Of a stretch of 64,000 nucleotides of DNA, positions 1 to 11,237 are shown one piece after another. Source of the stretch: Ginglymostoma cirratum. Lineage: Eukaryota. Location: the NCBI GenBank assembly GCA_024137785.1, contig JAHRHZ010000012.1:64009344-64073343 (forward strand), written 5' to 3'. Within the stretch, counting starts at the first letter, position 1. The number at the start of each line of letters is the position of its first letter. Made by a program: the position numbers and the translations under genes. The notes beneath the pieces were generated by a model. The model saw only the letters and a program-made list of their open reading frames with translations, made no database searches and was not told the DNA's origin.

Positions 1-26
1 TTATGCATTGTACATGTTGTACAAGG

Positions 27-365
27 GGCAGGTGTTGGCCTAGTGGTATTATCACTGGACGGCTAATGCAGAGACCCATGTAATGGTCTGTAGACCTGGG
101 TTCAAATCCTGTCGCAGCAGATGGTGGAATTTGAATTCAATAAACATCTGGAATTAAGACTCTAATGATGACCATGAATCCATTGTCGACTGTTAGAAAA
201 ATCCATTTGGTTCAATAATATCCTTTAGGGAAGGTAACTGTCATCCCTACCTGGACTAACCTACATGTGACTCCAGACCCACAGCAATATGGTTGACTCT
301 TAACTGAGCAAATAGGGATAGTAATAAATGTTGGCCTAACCAGTGATGCCCTCATCCTGTGAACA
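27..365 (+). mobile_element. tRNA-derived SINE whose 3' tail is shared with the CR1-group LINE at 7092-9391
   Basis: Pol III A-box-like TGGCCTAGTGG (36-46) and B-box-like GGGTTCAAATCC (98-109). The core recurs at 31790-32250 (-), 57550-57660 and 61050-61292 (-). The tail GGGAT..AATAAATG.TGGCCTAACCAGTGATGCC resembles 9325-9365. Confidence 0.8.
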
Positions 366-429
366 GATTAAAACAAATATTGGTGCCTTTAGTAACTTGT
401 GTGCATGGTCAGCAAAATCTCTTTGCTCC

Positions 430-1060
430 TTCTGACTATTCAGAAAATACTATAGATCCAAAGTGGATGACCAAATGGATCACAATGCTTCATACTGAAC
501 TCCACCTGCCACTGTTTTGCCAACTCATTGAAACTGTCTCTTTGTAAGAAGCTGCTTCTGTCTAATTATCTCTATTGTGAAACATCACCAAATATTATCT
601 GGAAGACCAGATAGGAAACACCCATTGACAATCCCTTTTTACATCATAACAGAAATGTCCTCCAAAAATATCCATCTCACTTAATCGGATATGACCTACC
701 CTTTATAAATCATGCTAACTTTCTAATCAGTTCAGACTTGTCTCAGTGCTCAGTCAGCCTATGTCTGATATCATATGCCAGTACCGCCCTCACAATGAAT
801 GGAAATCTATAGTCACCTGCATACTTTTAAAGAATGAAATGACTTTTGCAAAATTACAAGCCAATGATGCAATTCCCACATCAAGAGAGCTTAAGAAAAC
901 TGTGACTAACATGTTTGCAATTGTCTCACCTAAACCTTTCGATACTCAGAAAATACTTATAACAGCTTTGATTTTTAGAAAAAGAAATATTGCCCTTTTC
1001 ACATATCTTCTTGATATTCCTTTGTTGACTTTTATATTTCACATAGTCAGTTGGATTTTC
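430..1060 (-). mobile_element. Highly decayed CR1 LINE ORF2 fragment
   Basis: Patchy similarity to the reverse complement of the CR1 copies in this window (e.g. CCAAAGTGGATGACC, ATGACCTACCCTTTATAAATCATGCT). Boundaries approximate. Confidence 0.45.
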
Positions 1061-2894
1061 CTTTTCTTGGATGCAATATAAACGTCCTCCTGGAGTTTGA
1101 AGTTGTGTCTTATTCATTCATTAATCATAGTGCTTTCACCATACAATCAGCGTTTTGAAACAAAAACAAGTCTAAACCTGCTTTTGGGAATGGGGTTACC
1201 ATTCAGGACATACCCAGGCTCAAAACAAGACAAGAAACATTTTTTGCAGTCTTCTTACTTTCATGATTTCTGCATGTTTCCCAGTGTGATCAACGTTGCT
1301 TGTTGGCTGCATTCTTAACAGGGCATCTTAATGTGTGTGGCCAGAAGTTACGTTCCAGTTCTTAAAGTGATCTATCTGTCTTAAAGGAGAGATGCACTGA
1401 ATCAGAACAGGCTGCTGCTGAATGTTACAATTGTACACCATGGCATGAGAGATGCAGTGCTGGAGGCAATAGTCATGGATCTTAAAGGCCATGTTTCTGA
1501 AAGGCCTAGGAAACACTCAAGGCGAACGCTTCAATGGTAAAAGGAGCAGATGTTGAAAGTGGTCATTGTCCAGACTCTGTTTGTGAAGACCTGACAACAG
1601 TGCCGAGAGAATTCTAATGACCTTTATGAGGATGTTCAAAGTTAATGAATGCATTTTCATATCACAGCTGCAAAGGACCACTTAGTATCCGATCTCACTG
1701 AGACTGTCCACGATGACAACATGCTATTGCCATATGCATCTTTTCAGCACACTCCTTGCTTTCATCCTGATATCGAGCATGATGTGCAAATTGCAGATGG
1801 TGTGACCATGAACCTCTTGCTTTGAACTCCATATCCCTTCTCTCATCCCAGTTCTCCCCTTCTGATTGTATTCTTTCAGATACCCAAGAACTGCACTTCG
1901 CCGATCACAATCAGGTGGAAGAGAGAGAGTGCTCTTCGCCAGCAAAGGAAAAGAATCCTTTATTGGATCGGGCACTCTTGGCCACTAACTCCAATACTGA
2001 TACTGTGCGCAGCTTCAACATAAGTACAGAATCTGCATTTGTATGCAGTATGTCGTAGGTTCAGTGATTATTTCCTTGCTGAGCCTGGTTGACCTCAGGC
2101 ATTACTCCTGGGACAGGTGGAGGGTTGGAAATGCTTCTGAAAACTCTTGAATAGGGCCTCCTGAAGAGGAGCTTCCTCTTCGTTCCTTCACAGACTTTCC
2201 CCTCCCTGTATCCTCTGCTCCATTTGTTGGTCAAGAGAAATTGCAACCAGAATTGCAGACACTGGTCAGTTAATCCCATGTCCTCTCTGATTTGATGCAC
2301 CAGCTCTCCAAATATACGGTACAGTATTTCTACAAACTCAGCCTAACCTGAAGCAAATTAAAAGCACCTCAGCAGAAAGTTAGAGTCTAGGTATGTAAAT
2401 GACATCTTTCTAAAGCCTGCTAGCTGCACCTGTTAGCTAAGAATGATCAGCACAGGCATTCAGCAGACTGGTGTAAACAATGGGCTGGGCCTTCCTAGCC
2501 CCATGGAGAATGAGGGGCTGGAAAATGAGAGAAGATGTACATTGGGCTGACTCCTCAACACATTTCCAGCATAGTGTTTAAAAATGGGCAGTTGCGGAAT
2601 GTCGCCCCCTACCTTGTTGCCATTTTACATCACTGATACGCTTGACATGTCTATGATCTACCACAGTGGGGTATCATGGTGTTTGGGAGACCTAATGGCA
2701 GAATAGAAACCGGAGTTGCTGGATCAAGCAGCAAAGAGTATGCTTTCTTTTTCACAGCATTGTTTGCAATCTAGGAGGAGTGAGAATGGTCCACTCAGTT
2801 CCTTAAGTAAACCTTCTGCAGATAGTGGCCCTTCCTTTCCACCACTCCAAAACACACTTCTTCAGACCACCATTCACAGATTATTCCAAACTCC

Positions 2895-3004
2895 AGTTTT
2901 CAGTTCTGAGGAAGGGTCACCAGACCTGAAACGTTAATTCTGTTTTTTTTTCCTTTCACAGATGCTGCCAGACCTGCTGAGCTTTTCCAGCAACTTTGTT
3001 TTTG
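2895..3004 (+). mobile_element. Short non-autonomous Penelope-related terminal element (family B) with a hammerhead core
   Basis: CTGAGGA-A-GGGTC-ACCA-GACCT-GAAAC-GTT followed by ...CACAGATGCTGCCAGACCTGCTGAGCTTTTCCAGCA. The same module occurs at 17445-17776, 36210-36355 and 43020-43450. Confidence 0.7.
2902..2939 (+). ncRNA. Minimal type I hammerhead ribozyme motif (putative)
   Basis: AGTT|CUGAGGA|A|GGGUC-ACCA-GACCU|GAAAC|GUU|AAUU: complete conserved core, 5-bp helix II, palindromic ACGU helix III, 4-bp helix I. Activity not shown. Confidence 0.6.
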
Positions 3005-4011
3005 ACAAGTTTTCACTTTCCTCTGGAATGTCATGCTCCAGACCCCATTCAAGACCCTGTGACTAAACAACTATCACCAGCTAAATCCATCAGCTGCTGG
3101 TCTTGGCTGGCTTGTGACTAGGAAACAACTATGAGAATATATTAATGAAATTTTACCAATTTATTTGCCAGGATTTTCAGATGTCTCCACTCTCCTACAA
3201 CTGCCCCCTCTGTGACCCTGTAAATACTCGACCCCAAGAATACAAGCTGCCCCACTAATGCAGAATAGCTGTTAGCAAAGACAACCATGTGTTGAATTCC
3301 ACACTGAAACAGTCAACCCATATCCGTGTGCTGTAGGTAGACCCACAATATCCTGAGGGAGAGAATTGTGTTGGGGTGCAAGGGAAGATTGGGACACTTG
3401 AACTTTTCGAGCTGTAAAGAGTCAGCTGAGGAGTTATCTTATTGAGGCTTACAAGAAATGAACTGATATGGAAAAGGTTAATTCAGAATGTTGCTTCAAA
3501 ATTAACAATGAGTATCATAAGGGATGAAGGTTCAAAACAAGTAGTGGTAACATTGAGAATGCTAGAAAGCTCCTCATTCGCAAAAACTGAGGAGCTATTT
3601 GGAATTTACTTGCAAGTAGCTTTATGCAGGTGAAAAAATCCTCACACCGTTAGGTACAGCAATGGGGGGAGTGAAGGGTTGTCGTGAATGGATGATTTAA
3701 GGTGAGTTAATTGGCAATTCTATATTGATAAGCTAGCAAACTGGATTTAAATGTGATTGTTTCTAATTTGGGAAACTAAATCTGTGGTAGGAGTATGTCC
3801 AGTGAGCAATCAAGTTTTGACACAATCTGAATAACTCAGCTATATCATGATACCTCGAAATATAAGAATAATTTGCTTCTATGATAATCTCCAATTTATA
3901 CAAAGGATAAATTTATATTTAAAATTGTGATCAATGATTGAACAATGTAAGTATAGAAAGCGCCCAAGATTAAATATTTAACATGCTTTATCCATGTTTT
4001 ATCCATATTTT

Positions 4012-4549
4012 AAGGCGTGGGGCTGGATGAACACAGCAGGCCAAGCAGCATCACAGGANNNNNNNNNNNNNNNNNNNNNNNNNNNNNNNNNNNNNNNNNN
4101 NNNNNNNNNNNNNNNNNNNNNNNNNNNNNNNNNNNNNNNNNNNNNNNNNNNNNNNNNNNNNNNNNNNNNNNNNNNNNNNNNNNNNNNNNNNNNNNNNNNN
4201 NNNNNNNNNNNNNNNNNNNNNNNNNNNNNNNNNNNNNNNNNNNNNNNNNNNNNNNNNNNNNNNNNNNNNNNNNNNNNNNNNNNNNNNNNNNNNNNNNNNN
4301 NNNNNNNNNNNNNNNNNNNNNNNNNNNNNNNNNNNNNNNNNNNNNNNNNNNNNNNNNNNNNNNNNNNNNNNNNNNNNNNNNNNNNNNNNNNNNNNNNNNN
4401 NNNNNNNNNNNNNNNNNNNNNNNNNNNNNNNNNNNNNNNNNNNNNNNNNNNNNNNNNNTCCTGTGATGCTGCTTGGCCTGCTGTGTTCATCCAGCCCCAC
4501 GCCTTGTTATCTCGGATTCTCCAGCATCTGCAGTACCTTTTATCTCATC
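4012..4549. mobile_element. Fold-back Penelope-terminal element (family A) spanning the assembly gap
   Basis: Perfect inverted arms 4012-4058 and 4459-4505, nearly identical to the PLE 3' end at 17779-17830. 15-bp direct repeat TTTTATCCATATTTT at 3997-4011 and 4550-4564. Confidence 0.8.
4059..4458. other. Assembly gap (400 N)
   Basis: Run of N. Confidence 1.
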
Positions 4550-5511
4550 TTTTATCCATATTTTGATTGATGCTGTATTTTGTCGCTGACATAAATGTCA
4601 TGCTATGCAGAGAGTTTAACATCAAACTTACCATCGTGGTCACTCATTTTATCTCGTCCTGTTATTGTTTCTTTTTTCAGCTATTTTGAAAGCAATAAGA
4701 AGAAAATAGTTTAGCCAATCTTTGGCAATCAGATTAACCAATGCAACATTACATCACTATGGGCATTGTATTGTATCAGATACTTAAACCTGCCTTTCTT
4801 TCCCCAGATCTCATGATAAAAGTAAGAGAAACGGTGTTGTCATTTCTAATTCAGTCAGTCACAATTCATTAGAAAGAACAAATCAAGATTAATTTTTTGT
4901 CAAATTGTTTGATTGAATCACTTAATTATTTCATTAAATTGGATTCAGAGCTTAATCTTAGTTTCCAATTATTTCTGAAATAATGGAAAAAACACTTCCC
5001 ATTTCTATCTGTATTGGGAGCAAGGAGAGAATGGTGAAAGGAGCTTACATTCTCAGAAGCATTTTTCAATATGAATAAGCTACAGTAAGTATTAACCTTT
5101 GACAGCAGTAGGAAAAAATCTAAATGCTTGGCATGATTCCTATGTTCCACAGACTGAGCAACATAAAAGCTAAAATATTCAGAATTCACAAATTATCTTT
5201 TTTTGTTAACTGAAACAATTAATGGAGGCATTTTTTAAAAGAAACATTGGCTGTTGCAAAACGATTCTCTTTTTTTCTTTGTTTAGGAACATGGGTGAAA
5301 TTTAATCGTGATGAAGAAGCAGGAAACAAAGCAAAAGGGGAACCTTCATTGGGTGATAGGCACCAAATTCCGAGATGAAATCTTAATTTGAAGTTGGTGG
5401 CAGTCAGTTTGGAGATAGAACAGGGTTCCTGACAGCAAATGCTGTGAACCTATTTGTAATGTATTAGTATGTTTTGAATGTTCATTAAAACACAAGTTCA
5501 CCAAATTAAAC

Positions 5512-5659
5512 GAGATAACAACGTGTAGAGCTGGATGAACACAGCAGGCCAAGAAGGCACAGCCTTCAGAAAGGGTCTAGGCCTAATACGTCAGCTTTCC
5601 TGCTCCTCTGATGCTGCTTGGCCTGCTGTGTTCATCCAGCTCCATACCTTGTTATCCCC
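5512..5659. mobile_element. Fold-back Penelope-terminal element (family A), 148 bp, 15-bp TSD
   Basis: Inverted arms GATAACAA..GCTGGATGAACACAGCAGGCCAAG / CTTGGCCTGCTGTGTTCATCCAGC..TTGTTATC. TSD TTCACCAAATTAAAC at 5497-5511 and 5660-5674. Hammerhead core degraded. Confidence 0.85.
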
Positions 5660-6749
5660 TTCACCAAATTAAACATTACCTTTGCAACTTAGTCAGAAGT
5701 GAACACAGGAAACATGCCTTCATGTTTTCACATTCTTGACTGGTTAAAGCTGGCATGCAGTAAGGTAGTCATTGTGATAGATTTGGAATGAGAAGGAGCT
5801 ATAAATCTCCTATAGGGAAGGGGACAGCACAAGGAGAAGAGGTTGGATTGCTTCCTTGAAATGTCAATTGAAGTCAGGTCCCGGCTGCCTGAGAGAGGAT
5901 GGGTCTTTATGGGCCTAAGGAAGAGGGTCCTGGTAGTTAATGGACAATGATTCCTGGGTGTCCAGGGATGGGATGATATTGACAGATAAGGAGGGCTGTG
6001 GCAAATAATAGATTGCTGGAGTGATTGTCAGTAGGTCAAAGATGAGATTGGGATTTAGCCCAGTCTGCATCTGACTGAAGCACACAACCAGAGTTTGACG
6101 GATATGGTTTTCAGCAAAAATGACATGTCTATAGAAACGCCTCAACTCTTCCTATGACAGTCTGGGTGATAATGTTATTTCAAGTGCAGAAACAGCCATA
6201 GTGACGGCATACTTACCTACGCTCAGGTGCTAGATCTAGTTCCATTCTCTTCAGCTTGCTTGTACTGTGTCACTGGAATCATAGGTGGCTCTGCGTCCTT
6301 TTATTAGTTACCTTAGAAACTGAAAGAGTCAGTTTACCTTCTCAGTTTCACTATTTCAATTCGGATCTGTTTTAAAAAGTACAAGCTTTGAAACCACAGA
6401 TTCCATCACAATGCCATCAGATTGTCCCAGGGTTCTATGGAGCCCATGTATGGTGTCTCATTGGTAGCCATTCATAGATGCACGAGGGAGTTTGCCAATG
6501 CCATGTTTTAAAGGGCTGGTTAGTGAGACTTATCACAGATCCCTGAGAGCCAGGTAGTCAGATCTTTGAGTCATTTGCAGTCTTCTCCCTAGTACAAGGA
6601 CTGATAGACTGCACAAATGTGACATCCTAAAAACAGCCAGAAGCTTTCATAAAATGAATTCACACATATTGACAGAATTCAACCTGTCTGTGATCACCAA
6701 GAATTAAGCTTGCAGATGTGTGTTTAATTCCCAGGACTTCAGGCACAGG

Positions 6750-7060
6750 GATAAGATTAGAGAAACTGTGGCTTCTCTCTTCAGAGGAGAGATAGTTGCG
6801 ACTGGGTTTGATAAAGGTCAAAATCATAAATTTGATTAGAATAGATACAGAGAAACTAATCCCACTAGTGGAAGATTTAAAAAGGATACAGACAAAAGTG
6901 ATTGGCGAAAGAAGAACAACAAATGAGGGAAATCCTTTCATGCAGGAAATGGTTACAATCTGCACTGCGCGATTTGAATGGTATGTCAGATGCAGATTCA
7001 AATGTGTTTTATCAAAAAGGATTTGGTAAGCATCTGACAGAAAACAAAAACACTCCCCTT
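6750..7060 (+). mobile_element. Decayed CR1 3' fragment
   Basis: Resembles the ORF2 C-terminus and 3' region of the CR1 copies at 12900-13200. Confidence 0.45.
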
Positions 7061-7091
7061 GCCTTTTGCAGCTCTCTTGAGCTGTCTGTAC

Positions 7092-9391
7092 CGGGGAAAA
7101 CACACTTGACCTCATCCTTACCAATCCGCCAGCTGCAGATGTATCTGACTACGACAGTATCGAGTGACCACTGCGCAGTCCTTGTGGAGATGAAGTCCTG
7201 CCTTCACATTGAGAATACTCTCCATTCTGTTGCATATAATGATCATAGTGCTAGATCAGACAGACTGCAAACAGATTTAGCAACTCAAGGCTGGGAATCC
7301 AGGAGGCATTGTGGGCTGTCAACAGCAGTAGAATTGTGGTACAGCACAACCTGCATCCTCGTAGTTGATCCCCCATTCAACCCATTACCATCAAGCCAGA
7401 GGATCTTTAATGGAGAGTGCTGGAGGGTATACCCAGGAACAGAATCAGGCATACCTAAAAATGAGGTGTCAACCTGGTGAAGCTACCAAACAGGACTACG
7501 TGTGTGCCAAACAACATAAGCAGCATGGGATAGACAGAGTTACGTGATCCCACAATGAATGCACCAGATCTAAGCTCTGCACTCCTGCCATATCCAGTTG
7601 CCATATCTGATGGTGGTGGACAATTAAACAACTCACTAGAGGAGGAGGGTCCCCAAATATCCCCATCCTCAGTGAGGGAAGAGCCCTAAATATCAGTGCA
7701 AAAGATAAGGCTGAAGCATTCGCATCAATCTTCAGCCAGAAGTTTTGAGTGGATGATCTCTTTTGGTCTCCTCTCGTGTTCCTCAGCATCACAGATACCA
7801 TTATTCAGCTAATTCATTTCACTCCATCTAATATCAAGAAACAGTTGGAGATATTGGATACTGCAAAGGCTATGGGTCCTATCAACATTCTAGCAATATT
7901 GCTGAAGTCTTGTGATCCACAACTAACCACACCCCGAGCCAAGCTGTTCCAGAACGGTTACAACACTGGCTTCTATCCAACAATATGGAAAATTGCCCAG
8001 GTATGTTCTGTACAAAATAGCAGGACAAATCCAACTCAACCTATTACTATTTCCCATCAGTCTGCTCTTGATTAACAGTAAAGTAATGGTACTTGTCAAA
8101 AACCGTGCCATCAAGTAGTACCTGTACAGCAATAACCTGCTCAGTGACACCCAGTTTGGGTTCCACCAGGTCCACTCACGTCCTGTTTTCATTACAGCCT
8201 TGGTTTAAACATGGACAAAAGAGCTGAATTCCAGAGTGGCAGCTCTTGATATCAAGGCCACATTCAGCTGAGTGTGGTACCAAGGAGCCCTAGCGAAAAT
8301 GCGTATTGGGGGAAAATCTCCGGTGGTTGGGTCATACCTGACACAAAGGAAAATGGTCGTGGTTGTTGGAGGTCAGCCATCTCAGCTCCAGGGCATCTCT
8401 GCAGGAGTCCCTCAGGGTGGTGTCCTAGGCCCAACCATCCTCAGCTGCTTCACCTATGAGCTTCCCTCCATCATAAGGTTATAAGCGGTGCTGTTCACTG
8501 ATGATTGCACAGTATTGAGCACCATTCATGAGTCCTCCGATCCTGAAGCAGTCCTTTTCAAATGCAACAAGATCTGGACCATATCCAGGCTTGGGCTGAA
8601 AAGTGACAAGTAACATTCATGCCATACAAATGCCACGCAATGACCATCTTCAATAGCAGACAATCTAACCACTGCCCCTTGACATTCAATGGTGTTACCA
8701 TTACTGAATCCCTCACTATCAACATCCTGGGGGTTACCATTGACCAGAAACTCATCTGGACTCACCAAATAAACACAGTGGTCACAAAAGCAGATCATAT
8801 GATAGGAATACTGCGGCAAGTAACTCACTTCCTGACTCCCAAAGCCTGTCCACCATCTACAAAGCACAAGTCAGGAGTGTGATGGGATACTCCCCACTTG
8901 CCTGGGTGAGTGCAGCACCAACAATACTCAAGAAGCTTGACACCATCCAGGACAAACCAACCTGCTGGACTGACACAACATTAATATTCATCCACTCCCT
9001 CCACCACCAATGTTCAGTAGCAGCAGTGTGCACTATCTATGTGATGCATTACAGAAATGTACCAAGGATCCTTAGATAGTACCTTCCAAACCTATGATCA
9101 CTTCTATCCAGAAGGCCAAAAGTAGCAGATACAAAGGAACACTACCATCTGCAAGTTTCCCTTCAAATCACTCATCATCCTGACTTGGAAATATATCATC
9201 CTTCCTTCATTATCACTGTGCTAAAATCCTGGAATTCCCATGGGCATTGTGGGTTAACTTTCTTAAATCTATGTGGATTTCAGCATTTCAGGAAGGCAGC
9301 TCACCACCAGCTTCTCAACAGCAACTGGGATGGGCAATACATGTGACTAGCCAGCGACTCTCATGTCCTACAACAGAATAAGAAAAAAAAA
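7092..9391 (+). mobile_element. 5'-truncated, decayed CR1-group non-LTR retrotransposon (RT domain), distinct from HER1
   Basis: Broken frames give LDTAKAMGP, WKIAQVC, ALDIKATF, SAGVPQGGVLGP, FTDDCT, ILGVTIDQKLIW. Many stops and frameshifts. Ends in an A-rich tail at 9378-9391. Confidence 0.85.
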
Positions 9392-11237
9392 TCTCAGATC
9401 GACAAATGTCTCTGGGTCACTATAATTTCGTTGTGACATAGTGTGAATCTGAAGGACCTGTTATTAAGTTTGAGAGTGAAAGCCTGGGAATTGTATTTCC
9501 ATTTCCTGATGTATCTAGCTGGCTGAGCTTGGAAAGAGGCCAATCTTGAAGTGTCAAGCATAGGGCAGTCCTTAGTCATAATATTTGTGTAGAACTAGAA
9601 GGCATGCTCCTGGTGATCTTGGCCCCATGGGGGATCTTCAAAAATTATTGGGCTAATTCTTGAACAGGCATCAGGGTGGAACAGGAGGAGCTGTAAATTT
9701 GTACTTAAAAACTACAAGAATGGGTTTCCACAACCAATGGTTTGTATCTGTACATGGTCTGTCATCCAGTACAGTTGAGTGCACTGCTTATTCATTGACC
9801 GATCTGTCTTGGGCATTGATTTCTGATTGTTGATTTCCCTTGTCATAATACTCTAGTTGAGGACCAGACGTCTCGCAGGTGAAAATTGCCCTGCTTTGTT
9901 TCTATCTACATTTTTGCATCTCTTCACAATTATGCCATTACACATTGAATATTGCATATTGAATTGTATCTTGAATTGATCAACAGACTACTACTGATAG
10001 GAAATCACTCAAAGCTACTTCTCTTCAACCTGCATCACTTCACTTGAAGAGCATCATAGTTTGCCTATGCCTCATATTTAATTGTTATCTGCAACATGGG
10101 TATGATTCTTTCTATCCCAATGGATATGTCAGTAAAGTATACAGTGGACACACTGTAAATATTCCTAGAACAAAACCTTGTAGGACATTCACTTTCAACC
10201 ATTCTGAGAAATTACACTTGCCTCTTCTGCTCCTTCCCTCCCTTCTGACTAATTTTGGTTCAAATTTGTAAAGCTCTAATTTTATACTCCTTAATCTTCT
10301 CCAGTGGTGTCCTGTGTACTGATTTGTCAAATGCTTTCTGAGAGACCACATGTACGACATCCAGTGCATTTACCTCATCCACCACATGTCGATTCATCAA
10401 AGAATTTTATCAAGTGTGTCACACATCAACTACTTTCTTAAATCTGTGTTGGCTGTTTCAAAATATTCTCCCCTTTGTCATTCATTTGACTTTTCTTTTT
10501 GGTTAATGCTAGCAGCTTCTTTATGTTAGACAATTTCCAATTTGTAATTTCTTGATGTGATTTTTCTTCACATTATGTTTATATTTTTATATTGTAATTT
10601 TTATACTTTTATATTTTCATATTTTTATATATTTATTTTCTCAACTCTTGCATTTACTTCATCGATTTCAAAATTCTGTACATATTCTTCCTCTTGGCAT
10701 TTATTTTCCTTCTACAAATCCTTTCTCCCTAATTTAAAAGACTTATGAAATATCTAAGAGTATTTCCAATTAAATATTTTGCTACTTACATTTGTTTTTT
10801 TTCAAAGTTGCAACATGTGAAAGGAACAAGCAATGAAAGTCTCTTCTCTGTAATTGTGAACGTATTCTTACGGATAACCATTACATAGGTGCAGTAAAGT
10901 GACCTTCAGTTCATTCCTTTGTTTGTGTCATGTAATATTTATTTATCAGGAGATAAGATGACGGTGGCTAATGGGGCTTGTATTTCAGTTTCTAAAGAAG
11001 CAGATAACCTTAGTATGTTACAATGATCGTACTAGAAAAACAGTTACTTGACTTTATCTATATCAGCATATGCCATGTGTGTTTTGTTATCACTGTTGAA
11101 TGTTGTCGATTACAATTGGATTGACCCCACTATCTGTGTAGGGCATTCTTTATGAATGGCAGTTTTGCAGCAGTTTTGGCTGAAGCTGGATGTGTAAACC
11201 ATTGCACCTAAGAAGAGTGAAGGTTTAGAACTAGAGC

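Noticed and set aside
27-120. tRNA genes at A/B-box-like sites (also ~41580-41640, 45130-45190, 49354-49405)
   Set aside because: No complete cloverleaf; each continues into a SINE body.
3994-4566. Four long ORFs in the track
   Set aside because: Artefacts of translating through 400 N.
5497-5674. CRISPR-like or DNA-transposon MITE interpretation of the palindromic repeats
   Set aside because: Eukaryotic context, no repeat-spacer array, arms match a retroelement 3' end, and TSDs are long and variable.
10557-10748. Hydrophobic F/I/Y-rich ORF
   Set aside because: Low-complexity AT-rich DNA with no splice or homology support.
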